Shown: positions 28,287-37,895 of the stretch, one piece after another
Position numbering within the stretch: position 1 is the first letter of the stretch
How the letters are laid out: each line of letters begins with the position of its first letter
Assembly (NCBI GenBank): GCA_937899865.1
Contig: CALBRH010000044.1
Location: 4,691-68,690, forward strand
Reading direction: 5' to 3'
DNA from: an uncultured euryarchaeote
GTDB taxonomy: Archaea > Thermoplasmatota > Poseidoniia > Poseidoniales > Poseidoniaceae
DNA: 64,000 nucleotides
Notes under the pieces: model-generated
What the model was told of the DNA's origin: nothing
The model's database searches: none
The model's input: only the letters and a program-made list of their open reading frames with translations
Position numbers and translations under genes: made by a program

Positions 28287-29051
28287 TTAGAATAAATCAT
28301 CAAGGTCAGGTAAATCAGGTGTTTCAATAAAATCCTGCTGTTTTTCAGGGGTGATTGCATTTTTATCATCAGGAGTTTCATCTTCAAACAAATCAGTCAA
28401 ATCTGGCAGAGAGGGGCTAGTATCCAGTTCAGGTAATGCTGGCATTTCTGCAATGTTTGGTTTATCAGTGACTTGATTTGATGGCAAAGGAACATTACTT
28501 TTACTTCCCAAATCAGACTGATTATTTATTGGAGTTGATGATTGTAACACGTCATCAGATTCTTTGTGTGGAGGAGGCAATTGTTCGGCTATTTGTTGAG
28601 CAGCTTGGCCAAATTCACCTGTACTAAGGGCTCCAATTGCATTGCTTACCTCTAATTCATCAATTTCCTTATTGGCACCAATAATTGAATCAATGATGTT
28701 TTTTGTATGGCTACTTTGAGGTTGTACTACTGAAGAAACATCAGTTCCAGATTTTGTTGGTATGCTTTCAAGTGCTGCAAATTGCTCTTCCAAAGATAAA
28801 TTATCTGTTAACTCTACTACTGTTCTTTCCTTAGAAGCAAAATAAGCCATGATGAATAGAGCAACTGCAGTTGATAGTCCAAGATACTCCTCTAAAGAAA
28901 GACCAGCAGAATCTAGTAAATCTAGTTTCAAGTTAACCGCTGAAGCAACTACTGCAAGCGAACCTAAGATTTTACCAGCACTTGCCAGCCTTGGCGCTCG
29001 TTGCTCCATAATTTGACACTGAAGAGAATAAGATAAGAGGCTTACCATCAA
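28287..29051 (-). CDS. hypothetical membrane-anchored acidic protein with repeated LPDL-DLF C-terminal motifs
   Basis: Two N-terminal TM helices followed by a low-complexity acidic region. SLPDLTDLF and terminal DLPDLDDLF. ATGA overlap with the folD stop. Confidence 0.4.
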   Translation of the reverse strand: MMVSLLSYSLQCQIMEQRAPRLASAGKILGSLAVVASAVNLKLDLLDSAGLSLEEYLGLSTAVALFIMAYFASKERTVVELTDNLSLEEQFAALESIPTKSGTDVSSVVQPQSSHTKNIIDSIIGANKEIDELEVSNAIGALSTGEFGQAAQQIAEQLPPPHKESDDVLQSSTPINNQSDLGSKSNVPLPSNQVTDKPNIAEMPALPELDTSPSLPDLTDLFEDETPDDKNAITPEKQQDFIETPDLPDLDDLF

Positions 29052-29920
29052 ATGGTTTTTTCTGCAGCAGAGACAGTATTTTCCATCAGCATTGCTACTG
29101 TCATAGGACCAACTCCACCTGGTACAGGGGTTATCCAGGATGCTACTTCATTAGCTGATTTTTCTACATCCCCCACTAAGATATAACCTCGAGGTGAGTT
29201 GATATCATCAACACGATTTATACCTACATCAACAACTACAGCGCCGTCTTTTATCCAAGATTTCTTAACCATATTTGGTCTACCTACTGCTGCAACTACA
29301 ATATCTGCTTGGCGGCATTGTTGTTCCATATTTTCAGTTCTTGAATGAGCTACAGTAACTGTCGCATCAGCACCACGTGAAGCCAACAAAATCGCTTGAG
29401 GCATTCCAACATTACGTGATCTACCAATTACCAAAGCTGTTTTTCCTTTGGTTTGAATACCAGCCCAATCTAACATACGCATAACTCCATTAGGCGTACA
29501 TGGGATTAAGCAATCCTCTCGAGATTGTACCAATCGACCAAGATTAACTGGATGAAATCCGTCAACATCCTTTGATGGGTCAATCAAATCTGTCAACGCT
29601 TCCTCATCCATATGTATTGGGAGTGGAGATTGAATTAAAATTCCATGAATAGTGCTATCATTATTTAGTTCAGCAATTATAGTTCGTAATTCATCTTCAC
29701 TTGTTAACCCCCCTAATTCAATGTGGGTACTTTTGATTCCAAGTCTTTGACATGCACGAACTTTTGCTCCAACATAAACATGACTTGCAGGGTCATCCCC
29801 AACGATAACAACTGCTAAATGTGGCACAATTCCAGTATCTAAGCACTTTTCAATACGTCCTTTCAATGCTTCCTCTACTGCTGCAGCACATGCTTTACCA
29901 TCGAGTACTGAAGCCACCAT
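29048..29920 (-). CDS. folD: bifunctional methylenetetrahydrofolate dehydrogenase / methenyl-THF cyclohydrolase
   Basis: VIVGDDPASHVYVGAK, GRSRNVGMP, TPVPGGVGPMTVAML. Confidence 0.95.
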   Translation of the reverse strand: MVASVLDGKACAAAVEEALKGRIEKCLDTGIVPHLAVVIVGDDPASHVYVGAKVRACQRLGIKSTHIELGGLTSEDELRTIIAELNNDSTIHGILIQSPLPIHMDEEALTDLIDPSKDVDGFHPVNLGRLVQSREDCLIPCTPNGVMRMLDWAGIQTKGKTALVIGRSRNVGMPQAILLASRGADATVTVAHSRTENMEQQCRQADIVVAAVGRPNMVKKSWIKDGAVVVDVGINRVDDINSPRGYILVGDVEKSANEVASWITPVPGGVGPMTVAMLMENTVSAAEKTI

Positions 29921-29941
29921 AACCTGCCCACAAGACTTTGT

Positions 29942-30412
29942 CTATTGATTATTTTGTTGATTTATTTTTCCTCCACCAACTTCATTTTCATTTCCTGTAA
30001 CAGTAGCAAAAAGCCGCTCATCATCACTAAAGGATTTGAATTCTAGAGAATTTCCAGAAGGGTCATCGATAAACAGTGTTGCTTGTTCACCAATTTTTCC
30101 AGGATATCTTATGTGTGGTTTAATACGAAATTGAACATTTAATTGTTCTAAATGGTTCTTAAATTCGTGCCATTGCCTCCATTCCATTACCAAACCAAAA
30201 TGAAATGGTGGGACTTGTTTACCATCAATTTTACCACCATCGGTATAATCAGGCATACTTGAGACAAGATGTGCTACAATTTGGTGACCATGAAAATTAA
30301 AATTAATTGAGGTTGGAGTCCTTCTACCTATCTTACAATCAAGAATATTAACATAAAATTGCTCAGTAATTTCGAGATCAATGACTGGAAACGCCAAATG
30401 AAATGGTCGCAT
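29942..30412 (-). CDS. VOC/glyoxalase-family protein
   Basis: MRPFHLAFPVIDL...HFGLV...GNSLEFK pattern. Start moved to ATG 30412 because the ORF-track extension up to 30502 overlaps the tRNA-Thr gene. Confidence 0.6.
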   Translation of the reverse strand: MRPFHLAFPVIDLEITEQFYVNILDCKIGRRTPTSINFNFHGHQIVAHLVSSMPDYTDGGKIDGKQVPPFHFGLVMEWRQWHEFKNHLEQLNVQFRIKPHIRYPGKIGEQATLFIDDPSGNSLEFKSFSDDERLFATVTGNENEVGGGKINQQNNQ

Positions 30413-30447
30413 GTGACTAATTAAAGCAATGCAGTTAACTGTTTTTG

Positions 30448-30523
30448 TGGAGCCAACGGAGGGACTCGAACCCCCGACCGTCGGATTACAAATCCGAAGC
30501 ACTACCAGCTATGCTACGTTGGC
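30448..30523 (-). tRNA. tRNA-Thr (anticodon UGU), CCA encoded
   Basis: Folded by hand: acceptor GCCAACG/CGTTGGC, D arm GCAT-AGCTGGTA-GTGC, anticodon stem TCGGA/TCCGA with loop TTTGTAA, T arm GGGGG-TTCGAGT-CCCTC, discriminator T, then CCA. Confidence 0.9.
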
Positions 30524-30616
30524 GCAGACACAGCGAAACAGCAATCATTCATCAATCAAACGGATGATTTATCATAATCTATTGCAAAATATGATGGGCA
30601 AATCAAAGAACATGAT

Positions 30617-31906
30617 ATGTTTGGAATGTCTATGGCCGAAGACATAGCGAACAGTTTTCTAAACGATTTCGCTAGAACAAAACAGGGTAATGATACGATA
30701 TTTTCCTGTTGGGCTCGCTATCAAGAAGCGGTAGCACAAGGTAATGATGCAGTAAATGGTACAATTGGAGCATTGTTAGAAAATGATGGTAGTTTAGCAA
30801 TAAATCAAACAGTTGATGAATTCGTACGCAACTCGCCACCGATAGAAATTGCTGCTTATGCTCCATTGAAAGGCTTACCAGAATTTCTTGACTTTGCAGT
30901 TACTCTTACCTTAGGGGATGCTCGTGAGGAATTAGAAAGTATAGGTGTATGCCATACTGCAACAGCGTCCCCAGGAGGCTCTGGAGCATTATACTTGGCT
31001 GCAGCAAATTATGCTGACAGAGGTAGTAAGGTACTGTTGAGAAATAGGCATTGGGGTCCATATGATGGATTTTTGGCAGGATGTGGCCTTGGAATTGCTA
31101 CATATCCTCTATTGAATGAATCATCCGGACTTGACCTTGAATCACTAAAATCAAGTCTTGATGAACTTGCAAAATCACAAGGCAAGGTTATGTCGTGGCT
31201 TAATGATCCTGCTCACAATCCTACAGGACTTTCACTTTCTAGTCAAGAGAGAATGTCTGTTTTGCATGCCTTTTCCAACGCAGCAATGGCTAATGAAGAG
31301 GTAGGTTTTACTTTGTTAATCGATGCTGCTTACCATATGTACGCAAAGGAGCCACATGGTTGGGCAGAAACAATCACCGACGCTCTACACGATGGGTTAG
31401 AATGGCCAGCAAATCTATTGATTACATTTGCAATTTCTATTTCTAAATCTCATACTGTGTATGGCTTAAGAGCCGGAGCGTTGGTAACAATACATCCTGA
31501 CCAATCAGTAGTTGATCGAATCACGACTGTAATGGGAGTTACTGGACGGCAAACCTGGTCTGCAAGTTCTAGATTGGCACAGTATTCAGTCGCTAAGATT
31601 CATTCTAACAGTGAATCTGGTGCTGCATGGTCAGATGAGAAAAACCGTTTAACACAACTTCTGAAGGAACGCAGAGAATTGTTTATTGAATCTTGTAAAA
31701 AATTTAACGTTCCGATTAATCCTACTCACGATGGATTTTTTGCATGGCTTGAACATGAGGATCCTCATTCGATTGTGGAATCTTGTGCTTCAGACCAAGT
31801 TTACCTAGTGCCGCTTAATGGCGGAGTTAGAATTGGCCTTTGTGCAATTCCCTTAGGTCAGATTGAAAGGGTAGCAAAATCACTGGGTAAAGCATTAGGC
31901 GAGTGA
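30617..31906 (+). CDS. class-I (AspC/TyrB-like) aspartate/aromatic aminotransferase
   Basis: NDPAHNPTG, SISKSHTVYGLRAGAL (PLP Lys). About 425 aa. The start may instead be MAEDI at 30632. Confidence 0.8.
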   Translation: MFGMSMAEDIANSFLNDFARTKQGNDTIFSCWARYQEAVAQGNDAVNGTIGALLENDGSLAINQTVDEFVRNSPPIEIAAYAPLKGLPEFLDFAVTLTLGDAREELESIGVCHTATASPGGSGALYLAAANYADRGSKVLLRNRHWGPYDGFLAGCGLGIATYPLLNESSGLDLESLKSSLDELAKSQGKVMSWLNDPAHNPTGLSLSSQERMSVLHAFSNAAMANEEVGFTLLIDAAYHMYAKEPHGWAETITDALHDGLEWPANLLITFAISISKSHTVYGLRAGALVTIHPDQSVVDRITTVMGVTGRQTWSASSRLAQYSVAKIHSNSESGAAWSDEKNRLTQLLKERRELFIESCKKFNVPINPTHDGFFAWLEHEDPHSIVESCASDQVYLVPLNGGVRIGLCAIPLGQIERVAKSLGKALGE

Positions 31907-31912
31907 TTTTGT

Positions 31913-32293
31913 ATGGCTCGTAATCCAAGAGAAAATTTGATTCTTGGTGGATTTATTTGTATTGCATTTGGAGCTTTTTTTACAGTTGCTGAAGTCTATA
32001 CTCTTGCATCAACAGTTGGAGTACTTGGAATAGCGCTTTTTGTTATTGGAATGAGTCTTAAGAGCAATATTGGGCTTTCAAAAGAAGCGGTTAGAAACTG
32101 GCGTCCTGCAGAGGGCAAACTTCCCGATGCTGGTAGAGTAATGTATCGAGTGGATGTTACAATCGATGAACCGATTGAGTCAACAATTGTTTGCGGTCCA
32201 TGTGGAGAAATTACTGTACATAAGGGGCCTAAACCAGATAGTTTTACCTGTCCAGAATGCAATATTGAATTGTGGAATGCCGAAGAAGAATAG
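31913..32293 (+). CDS. small membrane protein with C-terminal zinc ribbon
   Basis: Two TM helices, then CGPCGE...x14...CPECN. Confidence 0.45.
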   Translation: MARNPRENLILGGFICIAFGAFFTVAEVYTLASTVGVLGIALFVIGMSLKSNIGLSKEAVRNWRPAEGKLPDAGRVMYRVDVTIDEPIESTIVCGPCGEITVHKGPKPDSFTCPECNIELWNAEEE

Positions 32294-32349
32294 AATCGCC
32301 ATCTCTTGATAATAATCAACATAGATTTCATAGGAGAATCATTCCTCGT

Positions 32350-33840
32350 ATGTTCATGGTGGCCGAGAATCTTGTCAATACTGAGCGCAGAATGCTCAAG
32401 GCAATGTTGGTGGATTCTGGCAAAAATTGGACTTTAGATGAAATTCTAGATAGTTGTAATTGGCAAGACCAAGCAGTTGCTGTTGGAGCAGGGCAAGGTC
32501 TTGCAAACAAGGGTTTTGCTGATGTACATGAAGTTGTAAGCACCGAAGTTAGACTCGCTTCTCAAGGGGAATCTGCAATGAACGAAGGGCTACTGGAGGC
32601 GAGGTTATGGCAATGGTTCAAATCTGCTGACGAAGCAACAATGGCCAGTATGCAGCAATCATTTGAGAAACATGAAGCAGGACCAGGAATTGGCTTGCTA
32701 AAAAAATTAGGCATTACGATGGAAACAGGAATATTCACTTGTGCAGATGAAGCAATGGTAGAAGAAACAATTTCAGCACGACAGAAGTTTCTTTCAGACC
32801 TTCCAAGCAAGGTAAGTGATTTAGATCAACAATTACTTGAACAATTCAAAAGTCGACGCAATTTTATTGAATTGGTCGACAGTACTTCCAGAACTTGGAC
32901 TTTGACTAAATCAGGTTCACAAGTTAAGGTAGGTGATTTAGTTGAAACCACAATGGTTAATGAAATAACTCCGGAGTTATTGCAAAGTGATTCATGGAAA
33001 GATGTAGAGTTTAGATCATTCGATGTAACTCTCGAATCTGCTACGCCTAGGACAGGACGTAGTCATCCAATGCAGTCATTGATTGAAAGAATCCGTCACA
33101 TATTCCTTGAAATGGGATTTTCAGAATTGGTTGAAGATTATGTTCAAACTGCAGGCTGGAATATGGATGCATTATTTATTCCTCAAGACCACCCTGCTAG
33201 GGAAATGCAGGATACATTTTACCTCGACAATCCAAATTCGATGCCATTACCTGACCATATAATGGAGACATGGTCAGATATTCATCGCACTGGTGGCGAA
33301 ACAGGTTCAACAGGATGGGGCGGTGAGTTCTCTAAAGAAACCTCACAAAAGGGGCTTCTAAGAACTCATACAACTGTGAATACGATTCAATATCTCGCTG
33401 ACAATCCTAAGAAAGCTTGCCGTATGTTTACCGTAGACAGAGTGTTTAGAAAAGAGGCAATTGACCGAACTCATCTACCTGAATTTCATCAAATTGAAGG
33501 AATCATTATGGAAGAGGGTGCTAATTTACAAATGCTAGTTACAACGCTCAAAACCTTCTATGAAAAGATGGGATATCCAGAAGTTAGGGTTAGACCAGCA
33601 TATTTCCCGTATACCGAACCAAGTCTCGAAATCGAGGTAAAGTGGCGTGGCAAGTGGTTGGAGTTAGGTGGCGCAGGAATTTTCCGCCCTGAAGTGACCG
33701 AACCGTTAGGAATTGAACATCCAGTTTTGGCTTGGGGCATGGGTCTTGAGCGTTTGGCAATGTTAGTTCTTGGACTTGATGATATTAGACAATTGTATAT
33801 TTCAGATTTGGAATGGTTAAGAAATCAACCTTTGATTTGA
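32350..33840 (+). CDS. pheS: phenylalanine--tRNA ligase alpha subunit (archaeal/eukaryal type)
   Basis: Class II motifs HPAREMQDTFY, FRKEAIDRTHLPEFHQIEG, GAGIFRPEV...AWGMGLERLAML. About 497 aa with a long N-terminal extension typical of archaeal PheS. ATG 32350 has GGAG 12 nt upstream. Confidence 0.9.
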   Translation: MFMVAENLVNTERRMLKAMLVDSGKNWTLDEILDSCNWQDQAVAVGAGQGLANKGFADVHEVVSTEVRLASQGESAMNEGLLEARLWQWFKSADEATMASMQQSFEKHEAGPGIGLLKKLGITMETGIFTCADEAMVEETISARQKFLSDLPSKVSDLDQQLLEQFKSRRNFIELVDSTSRTWTLTKSGSQVKVGDLVETTMVNEITPELLQSDSWKDVEFRSFDVTLESATPRTGRSHPMQSLIERIRHIFLEMGFSELVEDYVQTAGWNMDALFIPQDHPAREMQDTFYLDNPNSMPLPDHIMETWSDIHRTGGETGSTGWGGEFSKETSQKGLLRTHTTVNTIQYLADNPKKACRMFTVDRVFRKEAIDRTHLPEFHQIEGIIMEEGANLQMLVTTLKTFYEKMGYPEVRVRPAYFPYTEPSLEIEVKWRGKWLELGGAGIFRPEVTEPLGIEHPVLAWGMGLERLAMLVLGLDDIRQLYISDLEWLRNQPLI

Positions 33841-33886
33841 GACGAATTGCGGATTATTTGAATAATCACCGACTGTAGGAGATATT

Positions 33887-35353
33887 ATGGGGCTAACTGA
33901 CACTATGGATTTGGGTGTTTTCACACGCTCCGAAACATGGAAAGCATTTGCTATTGCTGCAATCATGTTTGTAGCAATATCATTTGCGGCCTTGTCTATG
34001 TTTGACAGCATGGATGATATTTTCCAGTCAGATGCAGACCCTGAACCTATTCCTAACATGGTTTTTGAATCTTTAAATCGAACAGGAGTGGAATCTGAAA
34101 TAGTGAATGAAACAGGCTGGTTTAACACAAATGATCTACGTGGTTCTATCGTAATTTTTGATATGATGGCCCATGATTGTAGTAATTGTCATGCAGTGCA
34201 ATATCATTTGGAAGATAAAATGAATGAATGGCAAAGTTTAGCAAATCAGTCAAATAAATCATTACACATTATCGCCTATGGTAGTTGGTATGGTGAGGAT
34301 TTAGATTATCTAAATGAATCTGATAGCAAGTATACAGTTCCACTTTATCCTACTGGAATGGGTTATGAAAAAGCGGCAATACTTGAAGATGGAGATATAG
34401 CAGACCCAGTTCGATTATTCACTACCGCTGGTACAGGACAAATCCCTGTTGTAATGGTTATTGATGAAGAGGGTTACATCATTGAGCGACAAGCTACAGG
34501 TTCACCAACTGATAAGTGGAATTCATTTGATTCTGTTGTCGAATTAGCAATTACCACTCCAGTAAATGCAACTGAAGATTTGCGTATTGCTTGGGAAGAA
34601 CCTTCGACGTCTTATCTTGCAGTATTTGCTTTGGGTATGATTCTCTCGATCTTAGTTTATTTCTCACCGTGTGCTTTCCCAGTCTTACCTGGTTTCATCT
34701 CATACTATTTGTCACTTGGAGCGCGTGAAGACGAATTGATTGCTGATGGTAAGTTGAAGAGTAAAATGCCAAGTCCAATTGTTATTGGTTCTTTATCTGG
34801 TTTTGGAATGTGGACATTTTTCTTGTTCATTGGAATTATTGCAATTGTCATGGGTGAAGCATTTCAAAAATCAGGTCTTGTCCATTATATTGCGGTATTT
34901 ATTGCAATATTATTGATTATTCTTGGTTCAATGATGTTACTTGGAATCACCTCACATGTTATGGGATTTGTCCAAAAATTTGTTGATAAATATAGTACTA
35001 CTGAAGATGACGAAGTATTCACACCACGTCGAAATATGTATCTTTATGGAATTGGCTATGCCGCTGCTTCAATCGATTGCACAGCAGCAGCAGTCTTGCC
35101 ATTTGTACTATATTTGGGAACTTTAGGAGGGAGCGCAATTACTCTTGGTATTGGAGGGTTAATGCTTGGTCTGCTAATCCTAATGATTGCCGTTACAGTA
35201 TTGGTAGGCTTGGGCCGTCAAGTAATGATTAATTTCCTCAGAAGAGCGACTGGTATGATTAAGATGGTCGGGTCATGGATGATGATTATGGCAGGAATAA
35301 GTTTGACATTATATCTTACCAACAGAGATGCTGTAAGTGCGGTCTTTGGTTAA
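33887..35353 (+). CDS. thioredoxin-like (TlpA/ResA-type) domain fused to CcdA/DsbD-type thiol-disulfide transporter
   Basis: Signal anchor, extracytoplasmic CxxC (HDCSNCH), then polytopic region with YFSPCAFPVLPGFISY and a second Cys motif AASIDCTAAAVLPF. Confidence 0.7.
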   Translation: MGLTDTMDLGVFTRSETWKAFAIAAIMFVAISFAALSMFDSMDDIFQSDADPEPIPNMVFESLNRTGVESEIVNETGWFNTNDLRGSIVIFDMMAHDCSNCHAVQYHLEDKMNEWQSLANQSNKSLHIIAYGSWYGEDLDYLNESDSKYTVPLYPTGMGYEKAAILEDGDIADPVRLFTTAGTGQIPVVMVIDEEGYIIERQATGSPTDKWNSFDSVVELAITTPVNATEDLRIAWEEPSTSYLAVFALGMILSILVYFSPCAFPVLPGFISYYLSLGAREDELIADGKLKSKMPSPIVIGSLSGFGMWTFFLFIGIIAIVMGEAFQKSGLVHYIAVFIAILLIILGSMMLLGITSHVMGFVQKFVDKYSTTEDDEVFTPRRNMYLYGIGYAAASIDCTAAAVLPFVLYLGTLGGSAITLGIGGLMLGLLILMIAVTVLVGLGRQVMINFLRRATGMIKMVGSWMMIMAGISLTLYLTNRDAVSAVFG

Positions 35354-36094
35354 TCAAAGTGATTCAAAACTGGCAATAGATTCTTCGCTATGGCATTCAT
35401 CTAATAATGGTAATATCCAAAATTTCCATGCCACTAATCCTACAATTATTCCTGTCAATGCATCCCAAACAAAATGCTGTTTAGTAGTCATAACAGAAAT
35501 AGTCAACATTATCCAAGCAAACCATAGTATTCTAAAATACCATTTAGTATTTTCATTTTTGTACCATCTACTAACTACTAAGACTGCAAGTAGGCTTTGC
35601 ACTATGTGAAGTGAAGGCCAAGCATTCCATTCGGTGTCAACAGCATGTAGGTGATCATACCAGGGTTGCCAAACGCCAAGTTCAGATTCAAAGACGCTTT
35701 TACGAATGTCTACCTCCACTGGTAGGATTATGAAAATGATAAAAACCATCCAAGTTAGAATCAATAAGGTTTGGTGAAAAATGATATTTTCACGCTGAGT
35801 CTTTTCATTTTTCATGCCTAGTAATGCTGCCATTGGGTAGCAAAAGTACAGAGTAGAGTACGGAACAATCATCCATGGAATGACGGGAATCCAACTATCT
35901 AATCCAGTAGCAGGATCAAAAGCTTGCCAATCACGCCAGTAAGAAAACTGATTTGTCAGTAAATAACCTAAACCAGCTCCAAAAATTATCGCTAAAATCA
36001 GAGCAATTGGTAGTCGGTACCCAGAAATTGAGGACTTATTTTGCCAATGGCTACTCCATATTCGCCATGGCTTAGAGCCCCACTTGAGAGACAT
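35354..36094 (-). CDS. PAP2-superfamily membrane protein (PAP2_3 type), second copy in window
   Basis: WPSLHIVQSL and KQHFVWDALTGIIVG motifs. Six hydrophobic helices. Confidence 0.5.
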   Translation of the reverse strand: MSLKWGSKPWRIWSSHWQNKSSISGYRLPIALILAIIFGAGLGYLLTNQFSYWRDWQAFDPATGLDSWIPVIPWMIVPYSTLYFCYPMAALLGMKNEKTQRENIIFHQTLLILTWMVFIIFIILPVEVDIRKSVFESELGVWQPWYDHLHAVDTEWNAWPSLHIVQSLLAVLVVSRWYKNENTKWYFRILWFAWIMLTISVMTTKQHFVWDALTGIIVGLVAWKFWILPLLDECHSEESIASFESL

Positions 36095-36135
36095 GATTAT
36101 GCTAAATTAGGATGATTAATTAACAATCTGCCGAT

Positions 36136-37341
36136 TTACAGAGTTATTCCACAATGAGGGCATGCATTCCAACCTACCATAACTGGCTTTGAACAACTGT
36201 TGCATAAGTACTCCTCTGTTTTTTCAACATCTCCTCCAGAACCATCAACTGCCTTTTGAGCAGTTTGTTGACGGAGGAATTCTTGCATAACTTCTGGAGT
36301 TAGTGCATCATTTTGGGCAGCCATTTCCATCATTCTAACTTGTAAGTCATTCTGTTTATCCATACGCTGGTTTTGGTGGTCCATTTGTTGTTGAATACGT
36401 TGTTGTTTTTTAGCCTGTACCTGTTCGAATAACGCCATAGCTTGTTCGGTTTTGTGCGAAGATTCTTTCATTCTAAGGTTTAGTTGACCTTCATCACGCT
36501 TCAATTCAGCTTCCCACTGAGCTTCTTGCTTACGCAGTTCTTTCAACTCGCTCTGTAGTTCTACGGACACTTTTCCTGCGGCTTCAGCCTTGGCGACATT
36601 TACCTCGCACTCGATTCTTCGAAGTGTTGCGGCTTCTCTAATGGCAATTCTTTCCATCAATGCTTCAGCATGAGCACCTTCAGTATTGGTTGCAGCTGCG
36701 AGTTGTGATTGTAACTCAGATATCTTCTCATTGTCGGTTTGATTTGATGTAATAAATGCCTTTAGCATAGTAAATCCTAATGTCGATAGAGTTGCTCTAA
36801 GTTCAACTTCTGCGCGCATTTCAAACTTTTCTTGGAAAGCAGAACTTCGCAACATAGAATCATTTTCACATTCCGCTAATGATGGGTTAATTACTCGCAT
36901 CATCAATTCATTATGTAATACTTCAGCAAGCCTTTTTCTATCTAACATTGGTGCACTATTGGCAAACATATTGAGTAATTTAGGGATGTCTTCAGTACGT
37001 AGTTGAACTCGAATATTGGCAAAACCTGTTACTACACTGCCATTTGGTAGATTCCCAGAAAACGGTATTGAAATATCTGCTGGGCCAGTCATTGCAAATA
37101 ACAATCGTCGATCTTTTGCAGTAATACCCATCATGTCGCCAATAAATCTGTTAAATCCGCCAGCAACATTGCCAACAACTTTCTCAGTTAGAATATCACC
37201 TATTCTTCCATCAACAATAAATACACATGCTTCATTTGGTTTGAGCACAACTTCTTGTGCTTTCCATGTGTTCAAATTATTTGCATCAATTAGCTTTGCT
37301 AAAATGTTAGGATTATCTCTCCATCTAAATCTATTACTCAT
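36136..37341 (-). CDS. SPFH/Band-7-like (YdjI-type) protein with coiled coil and C-terminal zinc ribbon
   Basis: The N-terminal NTWKAQEVVLKPNEACVFIVDGRIGDIL pattern is like the Band_7_1 family. Long Q/E/K-rich coiled coil. Terminal CNSCSKP...x7...CPHCG. Confidence 0.5.
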   Translation of the reverse strand: MSNRFRWRDNPNILAKLIDANNLNTWKAQEVVLKPNEACVFIVDGRIGDILTEKVVGNVAGGFNRFIGDMMGITAKDRRLLFAMTGPADISIPFSGNLPNGSVVTGFANIRVQLRTEDIPKLLNMFANSAPMLDRKRLAEVLHNELMMRVINPSLAECENDSMLRSSAFQEKFEMRAEVELRATLSTLGFTMLKAFITSNQTDNEKISELQSQLAAATNTEGAHAEALMERIAIREAATLRRIECEVNVAKAEAAGKVSVELQSELKELRKQEAQWEAELKRDEGQLNLRMKESSHKTEQAMALFEQVQAKKQQRIQQQMDHQNQRMDKQNDLQVRMMEMAAQNDALTPEVMQEFLRQQTAQKAVDGSGGDVEKTEEYLCNSCSKPVMVGWNACPHCGITL

Positions 37342-37349
37342 TTTTACAC

Positions 37350-37895
37350 CTACTTTGTTTTCTGCCTAAGACCACCTAGAATTTTATTTCTTGAATTGAA
37401 AAATCCTTGGCAACTTGTTACCATTTGCTGACATTGTTGAATCAAATTCAAAACTTCTTCTTCACCTTTACTGGTATTGAATGCATGTTCCGCACTATTT
37501 GCAATATTGATTGCTTTGGTTACCATTTCGATTACATCGTGGTCGTGCTTGATTAAACTCTTCAAATCTGAAACCTTTACTGAGCGAGAACCAGAGAAAA
37601 ATGCATGATTCATTCCAGAAACTGACTTGTCTACGTCTTCAATCAGAGAATCAATTTCACTATTTGCTAATTTAGCAATTCGAGCAATTTCCATTTTATC
37701 TCTCTTGAAAGCAATGTCTTGTATGTTTGAAAGATGGTTACGAGCTCTTGTTCCAGCACGTTTAATTTCGTCACGAATTAATTTGTCTGCCTCTCTACGC
37801 TTACCTTTTGTATATCCTTCATAACTAGATAGTACAAATTGTATTCCTCTTACGTAAGGTAATACTTCAATGGGTACAGCAGGCATCTCACTCAT
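37350..37895 (-). CDS. hypothetical helical protein (partner of the SPFH-like gene)
   Basis: About 180-aa all-helical-looking ORF ending 9 nt upstream of the SPFH-like gene start. Start is ambiguous: ATG 37895 overlaps the upstream stop by 8 nt, the alternative is ATG 37886, and the ORF-track start is 37952. Confidence 0.35.
   Translation of the reverse strand: MSEMPAVPIEVLPYVRGIQFVLSSYEGYTKGKRREADKLIRDEIKRAGTRARNHLSNIQDIAFKRDKMEIARIAKLANSEIDSLIEDVDKSVSGMNHAFFSGSRSVKVSDLKSLIKHDHDVIEMVTKAINIANSAEHAFNTSKGEEEVLNLIQQCQQMVTSCQGFFNSRNKILGGLRQKTK

Noticed and set aside
30413-30502. N-terminal extension of the glyoxalase-family ORF (ORF-track start at 30502)
   Set aside because: The extension is the antisense-free read-through of the tRNA-Thr gene on the same strand (30448-30523). 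The internal ATG at 30412 gives a normal VOC-domain N-terminus.
30524-30616. C/D-box sRNA-like elements (UGAUGA-like strings) between tRNA-Thr and the aminotransferase gene
   Set aside because: There is no properly spaced C, D-prime, C-prime and D box set, and no CUGA D box near the 3' end. More likely promoter sequence.
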